From the human T2T-CHM13v2.0 reference genome, Homo sapiens: a stretch of 64,000 bases of DNA. Positions 14,397 to 26,559 of this stretch are shown piece by piece. Within the stretch, counting starts at the first letter, position 1. The number at the start of each line of letters is the position of its first letter. Made by a program: the position numbers and the translations under genes. The notes under the pieces were generated by a model. That model searched no databases, had not been told where the DNA came from, and saw nothing but the letters and a program-made list of their open reading frames with translations. The DNA lies in assembly GCF_009914755.1 (NCBI RefSeq), contig NC_060930.1. One strand, given 5' to 3'.

Positions 14397-14702
14397 TTTT
14401 TTTTTAAATTTTATTATTATTATACTTTAAGTTTTAGGGTACATGTGCACAACGTGCAGGTTTGTTACATATGTATACATGTGCCATGTTGGTGTGCTGC
14501 ACCCATTAACTCGTCATTTAGCATTAGGTATATCTCCTAATGCTATCCCCCCCCCTCCCCCCACCCCACAACAGGCCCTGGTGTGTTATGGTCCCCTTCC
14601 TGTGTCCATGTGTTCTCATTGTTCAATTCCCACCTATGAGTGAGAACATGCGGTGTTTGGTTTTTTGTCCTTGCGGTAGTTTGCTGAGAATGATGGTTTC
14701 CA
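14397..14702 (-). mobile_element. Young L1PA (about PA3-PA4) 3' end, 5'-truncated
   Basis: ttatactttaagttttagggtacatgtgcacaacgtgcagg...; flanking aggctga duplication at 14390-14396 and 14703-14709. Confidence 0.93.
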
Positions 14703-15357
14703 AGGCTGACATTTTTAACTGAAACTGAAGAGAAGTGATGAAAAAGCAGGTTGGATTCCATTGCTCACAACTCTTCTTTCCTCAGATGACCCCAACTTAC
14801 CATTCTCTAATTTTGAAAACAGGAAAAAATGTTCAAGAAGATTTAGAACCTATCTTCAAGAAATGTCAAGAATGTAATATTGGGACTCTCATAAATCATA
14901 ACTTTTCTGCCTACATTTTCTGAAGATTTCCCTATAAAAGTCTGTTACCTTGACACTCTAATTCATATGCTCAAGAATTAGGTTAATTATTTTTTAAAAC
15001 TTTGAAGAAAATGATCAAACTAACAGTAACAATAGCATCTACCCATCCTAAAAGAGTATGCATCATATACAGCAAACTTCTATGACTAAGAAACAAAACA
15101 GGTTCATTGTTAGATACAGCATAATAGCATCAAAGCTCTGCTTCACCTGTTGGAAGCACAGAACATATTTTAACTTTACGGGCTGTGGGAGCTGGGGGAA
15201 GCAAAAACATTAGAGATGTTCAACCAAGCTCTGAGTCATCTCTTTATGAGTTACAGATTCTTAAAAACAAATTAAATGAAGTCCCCAGCTGTAACTATGA
15301 TTTGAGCCTCATAACGGGGTGAGAATGGAGAAAATGGGCCAAATCTACAGTTATGGA

Positions 15358-15444
15358 ATATATAATGGGATATACACATATATATGTATATATATACACA
15401 CATATATATATACACATAAATATATACATATATATATATATATA
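15358..15444. repeat. (TA)n/(CA) AT-rich microsatellite
   Basis: Direct reading. Confidence 0.92.
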
Positions 15445-15512
15445 TGGCAGATATAACAAGATAGGCCTTAGAAGTTAATTTGGTGGCAAAAGGAGTAGGT
15501 TTAGAGAGGAAA
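15445..15512. repeat. Left arm of 68-bp inverted repeat (partner 17683-17750)
   Basis: 63/68 identity to the reverse complement of 17683-17750. Also visible as the shared peptide FLSKPTPFAT(K/R)LTSKAYLV in opposite-strand ORFs. Confidence 0.97.
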
Positions 15513-16849
15513 TATATATAATATATATTTGTTGTTTTCGTAGATGAGATCTGGAGAGTTGCCTCAGAAACGTGTCTGCACCTCTGCAAAGGCATCCCCA
15601 AGCTCAACCCTGTGTAATTACCTCCTCTTTGCTCTTGTTCTTGCCTTTCCTTTCTGCACCTGACAGTTAATTGCTGTAATTGAACAACAAGGACTGGGAT
15701 GCCCTTCCTCCTCTTGCTCTCACTTCTTTCATGACTCTCTTCAGTCTTTGTTGGTTGATTAAGCTTAAGCAGTCTGGTAATCAATCCAAATCTTATCTCA
15801 TTAATTGGACTAAATGAAGCTTTGAGGGAAGGAAAGGAGATGAGCATAATAGGTGCTAAGTAAATACCGTAGTTGTTTCTCAACCATGGAAAACCCCACT
15901 TGAAGGATATACACTTTATATGTTTGCATGAAAGTATTAAGGTATTTGAAGTAACTAAGGTAATCAAAGTAATTTTCCCCAATGTATAATCTAACTTCTG
16001 TTTTTTTCAGGCACACTAACACTTTCAGATCCTTGGGACAGGCACCATTCAGTCAAATCCTTATAGAGCAGGACTCTTGAAACGTCAGTTCACTCTTAGC
16101 TGTTTTTGGTTTGTTTTTTGTTTTGTTTGTTTGTTTTTAATTTTGTTTGCTTTTCATTTCTGTGGCTTTAGGTTCTTTAAGCCACCATGGAAGTACTTAT
16201 TTTAAGAGAATAACCATTGGAATTATGCTTTCTTAAGAAAAATAAATGTGAATGAATGTACCAAACATGAAATGTAAGAACTCTTCCATCTAAGCTATAA
16301 TCCCATCCCTGAATGACACATGATGGTGGTGGGTACAGATGATGAGGTTTTCTCTAACTCCGGTGGTATAGGATGGTGGTCTTCAATCTGGGAATGTAAT
16401 AAATGCCCTAAAGGACTATTTCAAGGAGCAACACCTGATAAAGTTTTTCCTAATGTCATACTGCATTGAGCAGAACAATTCTGAATGAAGCTTTTATTTA
16501 GTGGTCTGGGCTGAATTACATGCCTCTAGATTTGTATCTGTCAAAATGTGTTTCATGGACGAATGACATCAGAATGCAATGCTCACTAGAGATGGAGCTT
16601 CCTGGGTTCTGCATTAGATGCCCCAAGACTCTCTGAGACAAGGCTTAGAGGTCTGCATTGGAACACACTCCTCATGTCATTCTTATCCGAACTAGAATTC
16701 AAAAACCACAGCTTTAGAATCTTAAAATAGTTGTTCAACAATTTATTTATGCAAACTGCTGAAAACATGAAAAAGAGAAGTTATATTGCATTTCACTACA
16801 GTTCAGTAATCCAATAGGCTGTTGTTCCATTTTAAGATTGTGGTGTCAA

Positions 16850-17090
16850 CATAAATAAACATGATCTTTGCAGTCAGAACAGCCTAGATTTGCCACAACT
16901 TACTAGCTATGCAACCTTGAACAAGTTTCTCAGCCTATCAGAACATCAGTTTCATCATCACTGTAATGAGGAAACTATTAACAGCTACCTCACAGGGTTG
17001 CTTGAAAGCTAAATGAACAATGTATATGCAAAACACATAGCACAGTGCCTGGAATGTAATAGGCATTTAATGCATGCTACATTATTACTT
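16850..17090 (+). mobile_element. MIR
   Basis: accttgaacaagtt...catcagtttcatcatc...acctcacagggttg...cacagtgcctgg. Confidence 0.8.
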
Positions 17091-17682
17091 TCTATCTTAG
17101 CAACTTGAGGTGACTGTAATCTCTTTTAAAATATTCAGTGTAAACAAACTTTCTCTTATAATTCTTGCAGCATTATTAGTAATGTTCTGGGAAACGGCTA
17201 TTGCATAATCTGCCAAATAAGAACAAAGTGGACCTCGGCTAATCAGCAAACGTGCCTGTGCATGTCTTTCTGGTAGCAATTCAGTCAGCTATTAAATTGT
17301 TCCTGCTGTGGTTTTTCAAAAAAATAAGTACCAACCCATCTTTCTTTGCTAATGTTAACTCTAATCTGCGTTAGCTGCTTGCTTTTGCAGTTATTGGTAT
17401 GCATTCACATTCTGTATCTATAGGATATAAATAAAATCAATAGAACTTGCTTTGCGTGAGCCAGTGTTCAAGGTCCAACTACAGATTGGGAATAAGGAAT
17501 TACTAGGCATTTACAGCAGAAATACTAGCACATAGCACAGTCTTGGTTTTTGAGTCCTACTATGCAGTTTACAACACTCCCATGTATTTAGACAGTGTTA
17601 GGTTTTTCTTCCAATCACTCAGTTTCCAAGAGTACATTATACTCAAATTTCTTGATGACAAATCCTATGCAATTTGGTGTGT

Positions 17683-17750
17683 TTTCCTTTCTAAACCTAC
17701 TCCTTTTGCCACCAGATTAACTTCTAAGGCCTACCTTGTTAGATCTGTCA
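17683..17750. repeat. Right arm of 68-bp inverted repeat
   Basis: Reverse complement of 15445-15512 with 5 mismatches. Confidence 0.97.
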
Positions 17751-17753
17751 GAG
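17716..17753 (+). other. Candidate 38-nt micro-exon (non-coding or frameshifting)
   Basis: Pyrimidine tract ttttcctttctaaacctactccttttgccacCAG upstream; consensus donor GAG|GTAAGT downstream. No expression evidence available. Confidence 0.4.
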
Positions 17754-18574
17754 GTAAGTAACTAAATAATTAACTACTAGGGGATGCAGGCTACCCCAAA
17801 AAGACACAGGTATTTTCCAAGTGACACAGGGGCACACAGAACAAAGGCTTTCAAAACCTTGTCATATTTTCAGTCACAGCAGGTATAAGGACAGATAGCC
17901 AGATTCTTGACCTTCCTATTCAAATTAGCTACAGGAAGTGGGGAAATTATTTTACACTCCTCTAAATCTGGCTGTCAAGAATTAGTGGAAAAATCCAACT
18001 TTGAATTTGTGCTTCCCTGAGTGTAATCACATTTAGTCCGATTAGATTAAAGAAGAGTAGATCACCCTCAAAGCAAACAGGAAATGGAGACACAATTTGA
18101 CTTCATGATTGAGCACTAACAAAAGATATATGGAAAATAGATTGGGGTCTAAAGCAAATAGCATTTTTAGTAATTTAAAAATAACTTGAGAGACACATAC
18201 ACATATAAAATGCCAGCTTTTATTGTCAGACAATCAAAATTGTTCATATGTTAAGAAGGCATTTTTTTGTCATTTCTTTAAATTAATTTGAGCTTCAGAT
18301 AGGAAGGCTACAATCACTGCAGCTAATAAAGTGTTTTTGTTCTTGACAAAGAATAAAACTTGCTGTTGCAAGTGGCTCAACGATAGAAAGAATCTTATTA
18401 GAAGTATAATTAATGCAGGGCTTTAAAGAAGTCACATTGCTAACCTAGGGTGCATGGTTTTAGGCAGAAATGTGAACACAATTGCCACTTTGCAAGAACT
18501 CACCAAGATCCATGAAAACAATTGAGTCTAAGAAATGACATCGTTACTGCATTTTAAATCATAAAAATATTGTT

Positions 18575-18963
<389 letters not shown>

Positions 18964-19394
18964 TCACAACTCCCCATTATTACAAGCTTGAGTTTTCTGT
19001 TTTGTTTTTTTTTTTAATTTAGATTTGTAAGCAATATGCCAATAAAATAATTTACTTATTTACTATACTATACCTTGCCTACTTGCAAAATGCTTATAGT
19101 ATCCAACAGGCCTTACTTAGAAAGTAACAACCAGAAGCAAATGTTTCTTGGAATAACAAACTCCACATCTTCTCTACATCCTGCATTTTTCCCTGTATAT
19201 TCTGTGATTTGATGCGGTGTTTTTGTGAGTGTGGGAGTATATGTGTAAAGTGTCATTATTTCTACTAAATATATAAATCTAGATAGCAAAAATGGTTTTT
19301 TTTGCTACAATAGGCAGTGAAACAATTGCAAACTATTTTTCTTTTGTTAAATTCATGAAATCTGAAACTTTATATTTTTTTCACTTTTCAAAAA

Positions 19395-19525
19395 GTTTTT
19401 AAATTATGAAATATTTACAGATTCACAGGAAGTTACATGGAAATACACAGGAAGATCCCATGTACACCTTCACCCGGTCTGCCCCAATGTTAACATCTTT
19501 CATTACCACAATATAATATGAAAAC
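19395..19525 (-). mobile_element. Old L1M 3' UTR fragment
   Basis: agattcacaggaagtt...cccatgtacaccttcaccc...cccaatgttaacatctt. Confidence 0.6.
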
Positions 19526-19529
19526 TTCA

Positions 19530-19853
<324 letters not shown>

Positions 19854-20317
19854 CCCTTCATATTCTTTAATTCCAGTATCTAACTTTGATTTCAAGATTC
19901 CCTTTGAAATTTTTAAGGCTTATTAACCCTATGAAGTCTATAACCCTGTTTTCCTGTTAACTTTCATAATTAAGAATTTGACCTCTAATTACTATGCATA
20001 CATCTATTTTATGAATTTATCTAATAACATTTTATATGACTGTCACTTCTCTGTTTATTTCATTAACTTTTTATTTTTTTTAACAGTAAGAGCCATCTTT
20101 TGTTTCCAGGTTATTTATTTAAAAATCCATCAAGTCTTTGGAAACAGATGTTAAGTTAATATTCTAATTTATTTCAGAAGAGATTTGACTTCATATGGCT
20201 ATAACCAAGAAATGCAAATCTATAGTAAAGATAATGATATTTTACTTGCTACTTCTCACAAAATAGGCTCCATTGGTTTAAATTTAGTAACTAAGAGTAT
20301 TTCTTTTTTTAAGTCAT

Positions 20318-22130
20318 ATTGTAGAAGATTGCATTTTCCAAAGATGACAACAATAATATTTCTGGTCTTACATGCTCTTCCAGAACCTAGTTACTACCCC
20401 ATTTAGAGGTAGAAATTTTTTTCCTTCCCCTTGAATTTGGGTGAGCTATTGGGACTGCTGTGACAAGTAGGATATGTAAGAAGTGAGGCTGTGTGACTTC
20501 TGAGACTAAGTCTTAAAGGCAAAAAGTTCTGTCTGGCTCTTTCTCTTGAGTCACCTGCCTTTGGATCTCAGCTACTATGTTGTGAGGATACCCAGGCCAC
20601 AGGCAGAGGCCATGTGGCAGATGTTCCAGCTAAAGTCTCAGCCACAGGCCTGAATCAACTGCCAGATGTATTAAGAGAGCTTTCAGAAGATTCCAGCCAC
20701 CAGCATTTTCTTTTCCTTTCTTATTGTGTCACTTTTTTTTCTTTCCAACTTTTATTTTAGGTTCAGGGGGTGCATGTACAGGTTTGTTACATGGGTAAAT
20801 TGCATGTGTTGGGGGTTTACTATACAGATTATTTTGTCACCCAGGTAATGAGCGTAGTACTCAATAGGTAGTTTTTCAATCCTCACCCTCTTCCTATCCT
20901 CTACCCTCAAGTAGACCCTGGTATCTATGTTATTCTCTTCTTTGTGTCCATATGCACTCGATGTTTAGCTCCCACTTACAGGTAACAACATGTGGTACTT
21001 GGTTTTCTTTTCCTGTGTTAATTCGCTTAGGGTAATGGCCTCCAGCTCCATCCATGTTGCTGTAAATAACATGATTTCATTCTTGTTATGGCTGTGTATT
21101 ATTCCATGGTGTGTATGTACCACATTTTCTTTGCCCAGTCCATCATCGATGGGCCGATTCCATGTCTTTGCGATTGTGAAGAGTGCTGCAATGAACATCT
21201 GCATGAATGTGTCTTTATGGTAGAACGATTTATATTCATTTGGGTATATACCCAGTAATGGGATTGCTGTGTCAAATGGTAATTCTGCTTTAAGTTGTTG
21301 GAGAAATCTCCAAACTGCTTTCCACAGTGGCTGAACTGATTTACATTCCCACCAGCAATGTATAGGTGTTCCCTTTTTCTCCACAACCTTACCAGCATCT
21401 GTCATTTCTTGACTTTTTAGTAATAGCTATTATAACTGGTGTGAGATGGCATCTCATCATGGTTTTGATTTGCATTTTTCTGATGATGAGTGATGTCGAA
21501 CATTTTTTCATATACTTGTCCACATGCGTGTCTTCTTATAGAAACGTCTGTTCATGTCCTTTGCCCATTTTTCAATGGGGTTGTTTAGTTTTTGCTTGTT
21601 GATTTGTTTAAGTTCCTTATGAATTCTGGATATTAGATCTTTGTCAGATGCATGGTTTGCAAATATTTTCTCCCATTCTGTAGGTTGTCTGTTTACTCAG
21701 TTGACAGTGTCTTTTGCTATGCAGAAGCTTTTTAGTTTAATTAGGCCCTGCTTGTCAATGTTTGTTTTTGTTGCAATTGCGTTTGGAGTCTTCATCATGA
21801 AATTTTGCCAGGGCCTATGTCTAGAATAGTATTTCTTAGGTTTTCTTCTACAGTTTTATAGTTTTAGATTTTACCTTTACATCTTTGGTCCACCTTGAGT
21901 TGATTTTTGTATATGGTGAAAGGAAGGGGTCTAGTGTCACTCTTCTGCATATTAGCCATCAGTATTTAAGTCTTCTAGCTGAGGACCCAGGCATTGTGGA
22001 GCAGAGATAAGCCATTCCTACTGAGCCCTATCCAAAATTCCCGATCCTCAAAATGTGTGAGAATAAAAGTGATTGTTTTTTGCTACTGAGTTTTCTAATT
22101 TGTTACAGAGCCACAAATGACCAGAACACA
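20318..22130 (+). mobile_element. MLT1-family LTR split by an L1 insertion (pieces about 20318-20707 and 21954-22130)
   Basis: tgtag...ccaaagatgac start, ctgtgtgacttctgagact, tccagcca; resumes after the L1 and ends ...accagaaca. Confidence 0.75.
20708..21953 (-). mobile_element. L1PA15/16- or L1PB-like 3' fragment, antisense
   Basis: ORF2 C-terminal peptide in minus ORF 20965-21405. Approximate TSD agccaccagcattt / agccatcagtattt. Confidence 0.9.
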
Positions 22131-22914
22131 TGTACACTTAGATGTAAACATTTGCAGGAAGAGTATTTGGCATTCATTGGGCTACATCTGTTAATACCTG
22201 TAATGTTGCTCTTCTCTTGGCTTCTTATACAATGTGTTCCATTCTTCATTGATCAGTTAGTCTCTACTTTGTAAACTTCAGCAAAACCTACCTAGTTAAA
22301 ATGAACAATACATCTTCCAGAGAGGCCTCAGGAACTACTGATGTGTGCAAAGACCTGCTTCCCTGAGAATGCCCTCAACATAGCACTGACAGCTCTCTGA
22401 ATTCCCGGTGAAGTGCAGCAGGCTAAACCATGTATGGGCCTGAATCAACTAGGACTTTTATTTGCACAGGTAAGAGGGGATGCCCTAGTGGGCCAGGGAC
22501 TGGAATGTTGTGAGAGGGCTTCTCCATCAGCCACAACCTTCAGCCTGTACCTCAAATCAAATGACCTCCCAGTTACCCAGAGAGAGACCAGAAGTCTCAC
22601 CAGTAAGTACACAGGAGTCTCTGAGGGTGCAAAGAATAATGTCATTCCAGAAATATTTACTAAGTAGCCACTGCATCCTAAAAGGATGATGTAGGGACTT
22701 CAGAGTAGGAAAATAACCATGTAAACATGCAGTTACCATGTGGTGAGTACTATAGCAGACATAAGCACACCAACTTCCCACTGCTCATGGCCCCTCTCGC
22801 TACACCAACGTCTCATCCGTCACCTTTGCTTTCATTCCTTGTCCTGTCCTCAGACCTCCCTTTCCAGTTTTAGTGCAAACACCTCATCACTTTCCCTTGA
22901 TGTTTCTTAAAGGG

Positions 22915-23065
22915 AACCTAGTTGTCCACCAGCCCAAGAATGCCTTGGGGGTTTTGTTAATATTGCAGACCCCTGGCTCGCTCCAGACTCACTGAGTCAA
23001 AATCACCAGTGGTGGGATCCAGGGTTTGAATTTTTGTAAATGTCCCCTGCTGATTCTTATGCATC
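22915..23065. mobile_element. MER5-like fragment
   Basis: ccagactcactgagtcaaaatc...tttttgtaaatgtcccctgctgattcttatgca. Confidence 0.6.
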
Positions 23066-23629
23066 TATTCTTGTCTTCCCCACTCTAGTCTCTGCTATCC
23101 GATTCACTCTTCTTGTGAACACTAGATTAATTTTTCAGAGCTTGACTCTGATAATATCACTCCCTTGCCACCTTAAAATGGGTTACCAGTGCCTAGCAGG
23201 CTTTTTGCTCTATATCCCAGTACTCAAAACTTTTTCCAATCTGGCCTCAACCTACTTCCTAGTCATGTCACCAATAACCCACATAGAGCTAGTTGTATGA
23301 CATACAGCTTGCTTCTGCCAAATCGTATCCCCCTCCACCCCCTACTTCCCAAACATAGCCAGGACTTCCCACCAGCTGCCTGCCTGAAGGGAAGTTTTTC
23401 AAGTTAGCCTGACACTCTGAATACCTTCAGCTCTTCTGTGGCAGCTGGTAAAAATTCTCCTTAGTACCTAGTTCAAAGGTAAGATCTCCCATAATATCAT
23501 CATATCTGGAAGTTCTCTTTCCCTTCTCTGTAGCACCTTGTCTTAAACATTCTCATAGTATCTCTCACATCTCTCCTTGTAATAACAATATCATTACTTA
23601 CCTAGTCCCACTCACCCCCTAAAAGTATT

Positions 23630-23810
23630 CAAATATGTGTATATATACATGTGTGTGCATGAGTGTGTACACACACTGAGTTAAATTTTAAGTCAAATTT
23701 ATATATATACACACACACATATATTACATATTACATATACATGTTGCCAGCTTAAAATGGGTTACCAGTGCTCAAAACTTTTTACATATATATAAATAAA
23801 TATATATATA
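23630..23810. repeat. TA/CA-rich simple repeat region with an embedded 40-bp local copy
   Basis: Direct reading; see finding at 23744-23783. Confidence 0.85.
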
Positions 23811-23811
23811 A

Positions 23812-24010
23812 CTTTATTTTATTTTAGATCCATGGGGTACATGTGCATGTTTGTCACAAGAGAATATAAGGTACTGGTGGAGACTGGGCTTCTAGTGTAC
23901 CCATTACCCAAACAGTGAAAACTATCTGATAAGTTATTTTTCAATCATCAGCCTCCTTCCATCCTTCCCTTTTTTGGAGTTTTCAGTGTCTATTACTTCC
24001 ATCTTTTTTT
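23812..24010 (-). mobile_element. L1PA16-like 3' end
   Basis: ttttattttagatccatggggtacatgtgcatgtttgt...gggcttctagtgtacccattaccc. Confidence 0.8.
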
Positions 24011-24589
24011 AAAATTACTTCATCTTTGTTAAAGAGTATACTGGCCACTTACATATATTGTGGCCTTTTCAAAATTTGCTGAAATCTGTAATTCTACAAT
24101 ATAAATTTATTTCATAATTTCTAAATACTTTGTAGAAGGTTGCAATCATATTTAAAATTTTTCATCAGAGTATTCTATTTAGTAATTGTTTTGCTATGAA
24201 TACAGACAAAATCATGAAGTGCTATTAAAATCAAGTGGTCACTTTGTTGGAGTGGAGAGATTCTGAAGTGTTATAAATCTTATACATTTTATAATTATTT
24301 TATTGACAAAGACCAATAAATAAGCTGCTACTGAGTAATATAAAAGTTACTTTGCACCAAAGGGAATACATTAAATATATATTTTGAGTTACCTTTGCTC
24401 AGATCCTAAATCAGTGACCCTCATTAAGGAACCACTGTGTGTTGGGACTTCTAGTGTGCCCCGGCTTCATGCGTCACATCCTAAAATGAAGGTCACTCAG
24501 GGTGGAGGGGCCTTTAGGATCATCACAACTTTCCCTTTCTCACACCCTCAACCCATATCTGCCTCCCTGGGAGGACAGGCTTTGCAGTG

Positions 24590-24745
24590 ACATCTCTATC
24601 ATTACTAGTTGGGCATCATTACCTCACTGTACTGAGCCCCATTCCCTTATTATGAGGATAAAAATAGTGTCACCAGCTTTCTAAGGTTACTGTGAGGATT
24701 GTGCAGAAAAATAGGAAATCTATAAATGTTGCCTGTTTTATTACA
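24590..24745 (+). mobile_element. MIR fragment
   Basis: ttgggcatcattacctc...tgtgaggatt...ataaatgtt. Confidence 0.55.
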
Positions 24746-25209
24746 ACAATTCCAATGTGTGGGACCTTTATCAGAAAACTTAGAGAAACAGAAGACGCCT
24801 TACTTCCAGAGACTGGTAAAATAGGCTGTGTCTGTTTTTACAGGTTCCAGAAATTCTCCTACCTCAAATCCCCCTATCAGCCTCCAATCCCCTGAAAGCT
24901 GGCAGTGACTCAGATGAGCCTGTCAGTCTGGAATCAATGGTTCATTTCTGCTGTAAAAGGGACATTGGAAGAGAGCACTATGCCTCACTGGTCATTTGAC
25001 TGAATTTATCAGCTCTTTTCCTGAGAGCAAAAGTGGGAGAATTAGACTCGGGTGGGCCTGCGGCAGAGAGTAAAAAAGCAGGGATGGACTGGAGGTGAGG
25101 AGTCCTAACAAATATGTTTATCCTACTCAACATTGCCTAAAAACTAGATATAGCCACACAAGGAAGGAGAAAAACATCTCTTCTGTGTGCATCTTTGCGA
25201 TGGATTTAG

Positions 25210-25472
25210 AGGCAATGTATAGGAAGGCATTATTGCCTGGGGGTTATGAACAGAAGCTCTGGTACCAGACTGCCTGCTTTCAAATCCTGGCACTGGCACT
25301 CCCTAGCTCTGTGATCTTTGGCAGATTATGACACTTGTGCCTCGATACCCTTATCTGCTAAATCGGGGAGCACAATAATTAAAGTTTTCCTTAGGGTTCT
25401 GGTGAGATTTAAATAAGATGACACATGTCATATACACTTGCAGTAGTGCCTGGCCACAAAGTTTCAATAAAT
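25210..25472 (+). mobile_element. MIR
   Basis: ccagactgcctgctttcaaatcctggc...ctgtgatctttggcag...gtgcctggc...caataaata. Confidence 0.8.
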
Positions 25473-25656
25473 ATGGAGAGAGAGAGAGAGAGACAGAGAG
25501 AAAGAAAGAGATCACAAAATCGGATCATACTATACTTTAACTTTTTATACTTAATTTAGTGTGATTTATAATTTATAATCTAAGTAGAGATAACCCAAAA
25601 TACATATTTAATGTATTCCCCTTGGTGCAAAATAACATCTGCTTCTCTGTATCCCT

Positions 25657-25927
25657 ACTTATTTTATTTATTTATTTTGTTTTTTGAGACAGGGCCTTGC
25701 TCTGTCACCCAGGCTGGACTGCAATGGCGCTGTCAGACCTCACTGGGACCACAGTAGCTGGGACCACAGGTGTGTACCACCATGCCCAACTAATTTTTTT
25801 GATTTTTAGTAGAGACGAGGTCTCGCTACATTGCCCAGGCTGCTCTACACTTCTGGGCTCAAGTGATCCTCCCTCCTCACCCTCTCAAAATGCTGGGGTT
25901 ACAGGCATGAGCCACTGCACCCGGCCT
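25657..25927 (-). mobile_element. AluJ, antisense, with internal deletion
   Basis: Alu body lacks about 40 nt of the right arm; ctgggaccacag is duplicated at the junction. Confidence 0.88.
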
Positions 25928-26172
25928 TATACTTTTCATATCTTATTTAATATAGCAAGTTAACATAATATTTATATGTAACCCTACACTCTTGTGAAGA
26001 AAATATGCAGAAAATATTTCTGGAATAAAAATGTATACATGCTTCTGCATCTTCACGTTACATTACATTTAAATCTTCATCATATTTTAATAGCTGCATA
26101 ATGTTGCATGGTATGAATGCATTTTTCTATTCATAAAGAGTTCCTTATAGGGAAACATAAGATGTTTTTAGC

Positions 26173-26550
26173 TGATATGGCTTGGCTATGTCTCCATCCA
26201 AATCTTATCTTGAATTGTAGTTCCCGTAATCCCTACGTGTCATGAGAGGGACCCGGTGGGAGGTAATTTAATCATAGGGGTGGTTATCCTCATGCTATTC
26301 TGCTAATAGTGAGTGAGTTCTCATGAGAGTTGAGGGTTTTATGAGGGGCTTTTCCCCTATTGCTCGGCAGTTCTTTCCTTGCTGCCGCCATGTGAAGAAG
26401 AACGTGTTTGCTTCTCTTTCTGCCATGACTGTTAAGTTTCCTGAGGCCTCCCCAACCATGCTGAACTGTGAGTCAATTAAACTTCTTTCCTTTATAAATT
26501 ACCCAGTCTCAGGTATGTCTTTATTAGCAGCATGAGAACAGACTAATATA
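26173..26550 (+). mobile_element. THE1D/MSTA-type MaLR solo LTR
   Basis: tgatatgg...gactaatata termini; 5-bp TSD ttagc/ctagc. Confidence 0.92.
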
Positions 26551-26559
26551 CTAGCATTA

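Noticed and set aside
15544-15663. ATG-initiated small ORF directly after the acceptor at 15543 (MRSGELPQKRVC...)
   Set aside because: About 39 codons with no recognisable homology or supporting coding signal.
15272-15982. 236-aa minus-strand ORF, the longest non-L1 ORF
   Set aside because: It runs through a (TA)n tract (YIYIY runs), uses a non-ATG start and has no recognisable domain, so it is most likely a chance frame.
15445-17750. DNA transposon with 68-bp terminal inverted repeats
   Set aside because: No TSD, termini unlike hAT, TcMar or MuDR ends that I know, and the interior holds an ancient MIR while the arms are 93% identical.
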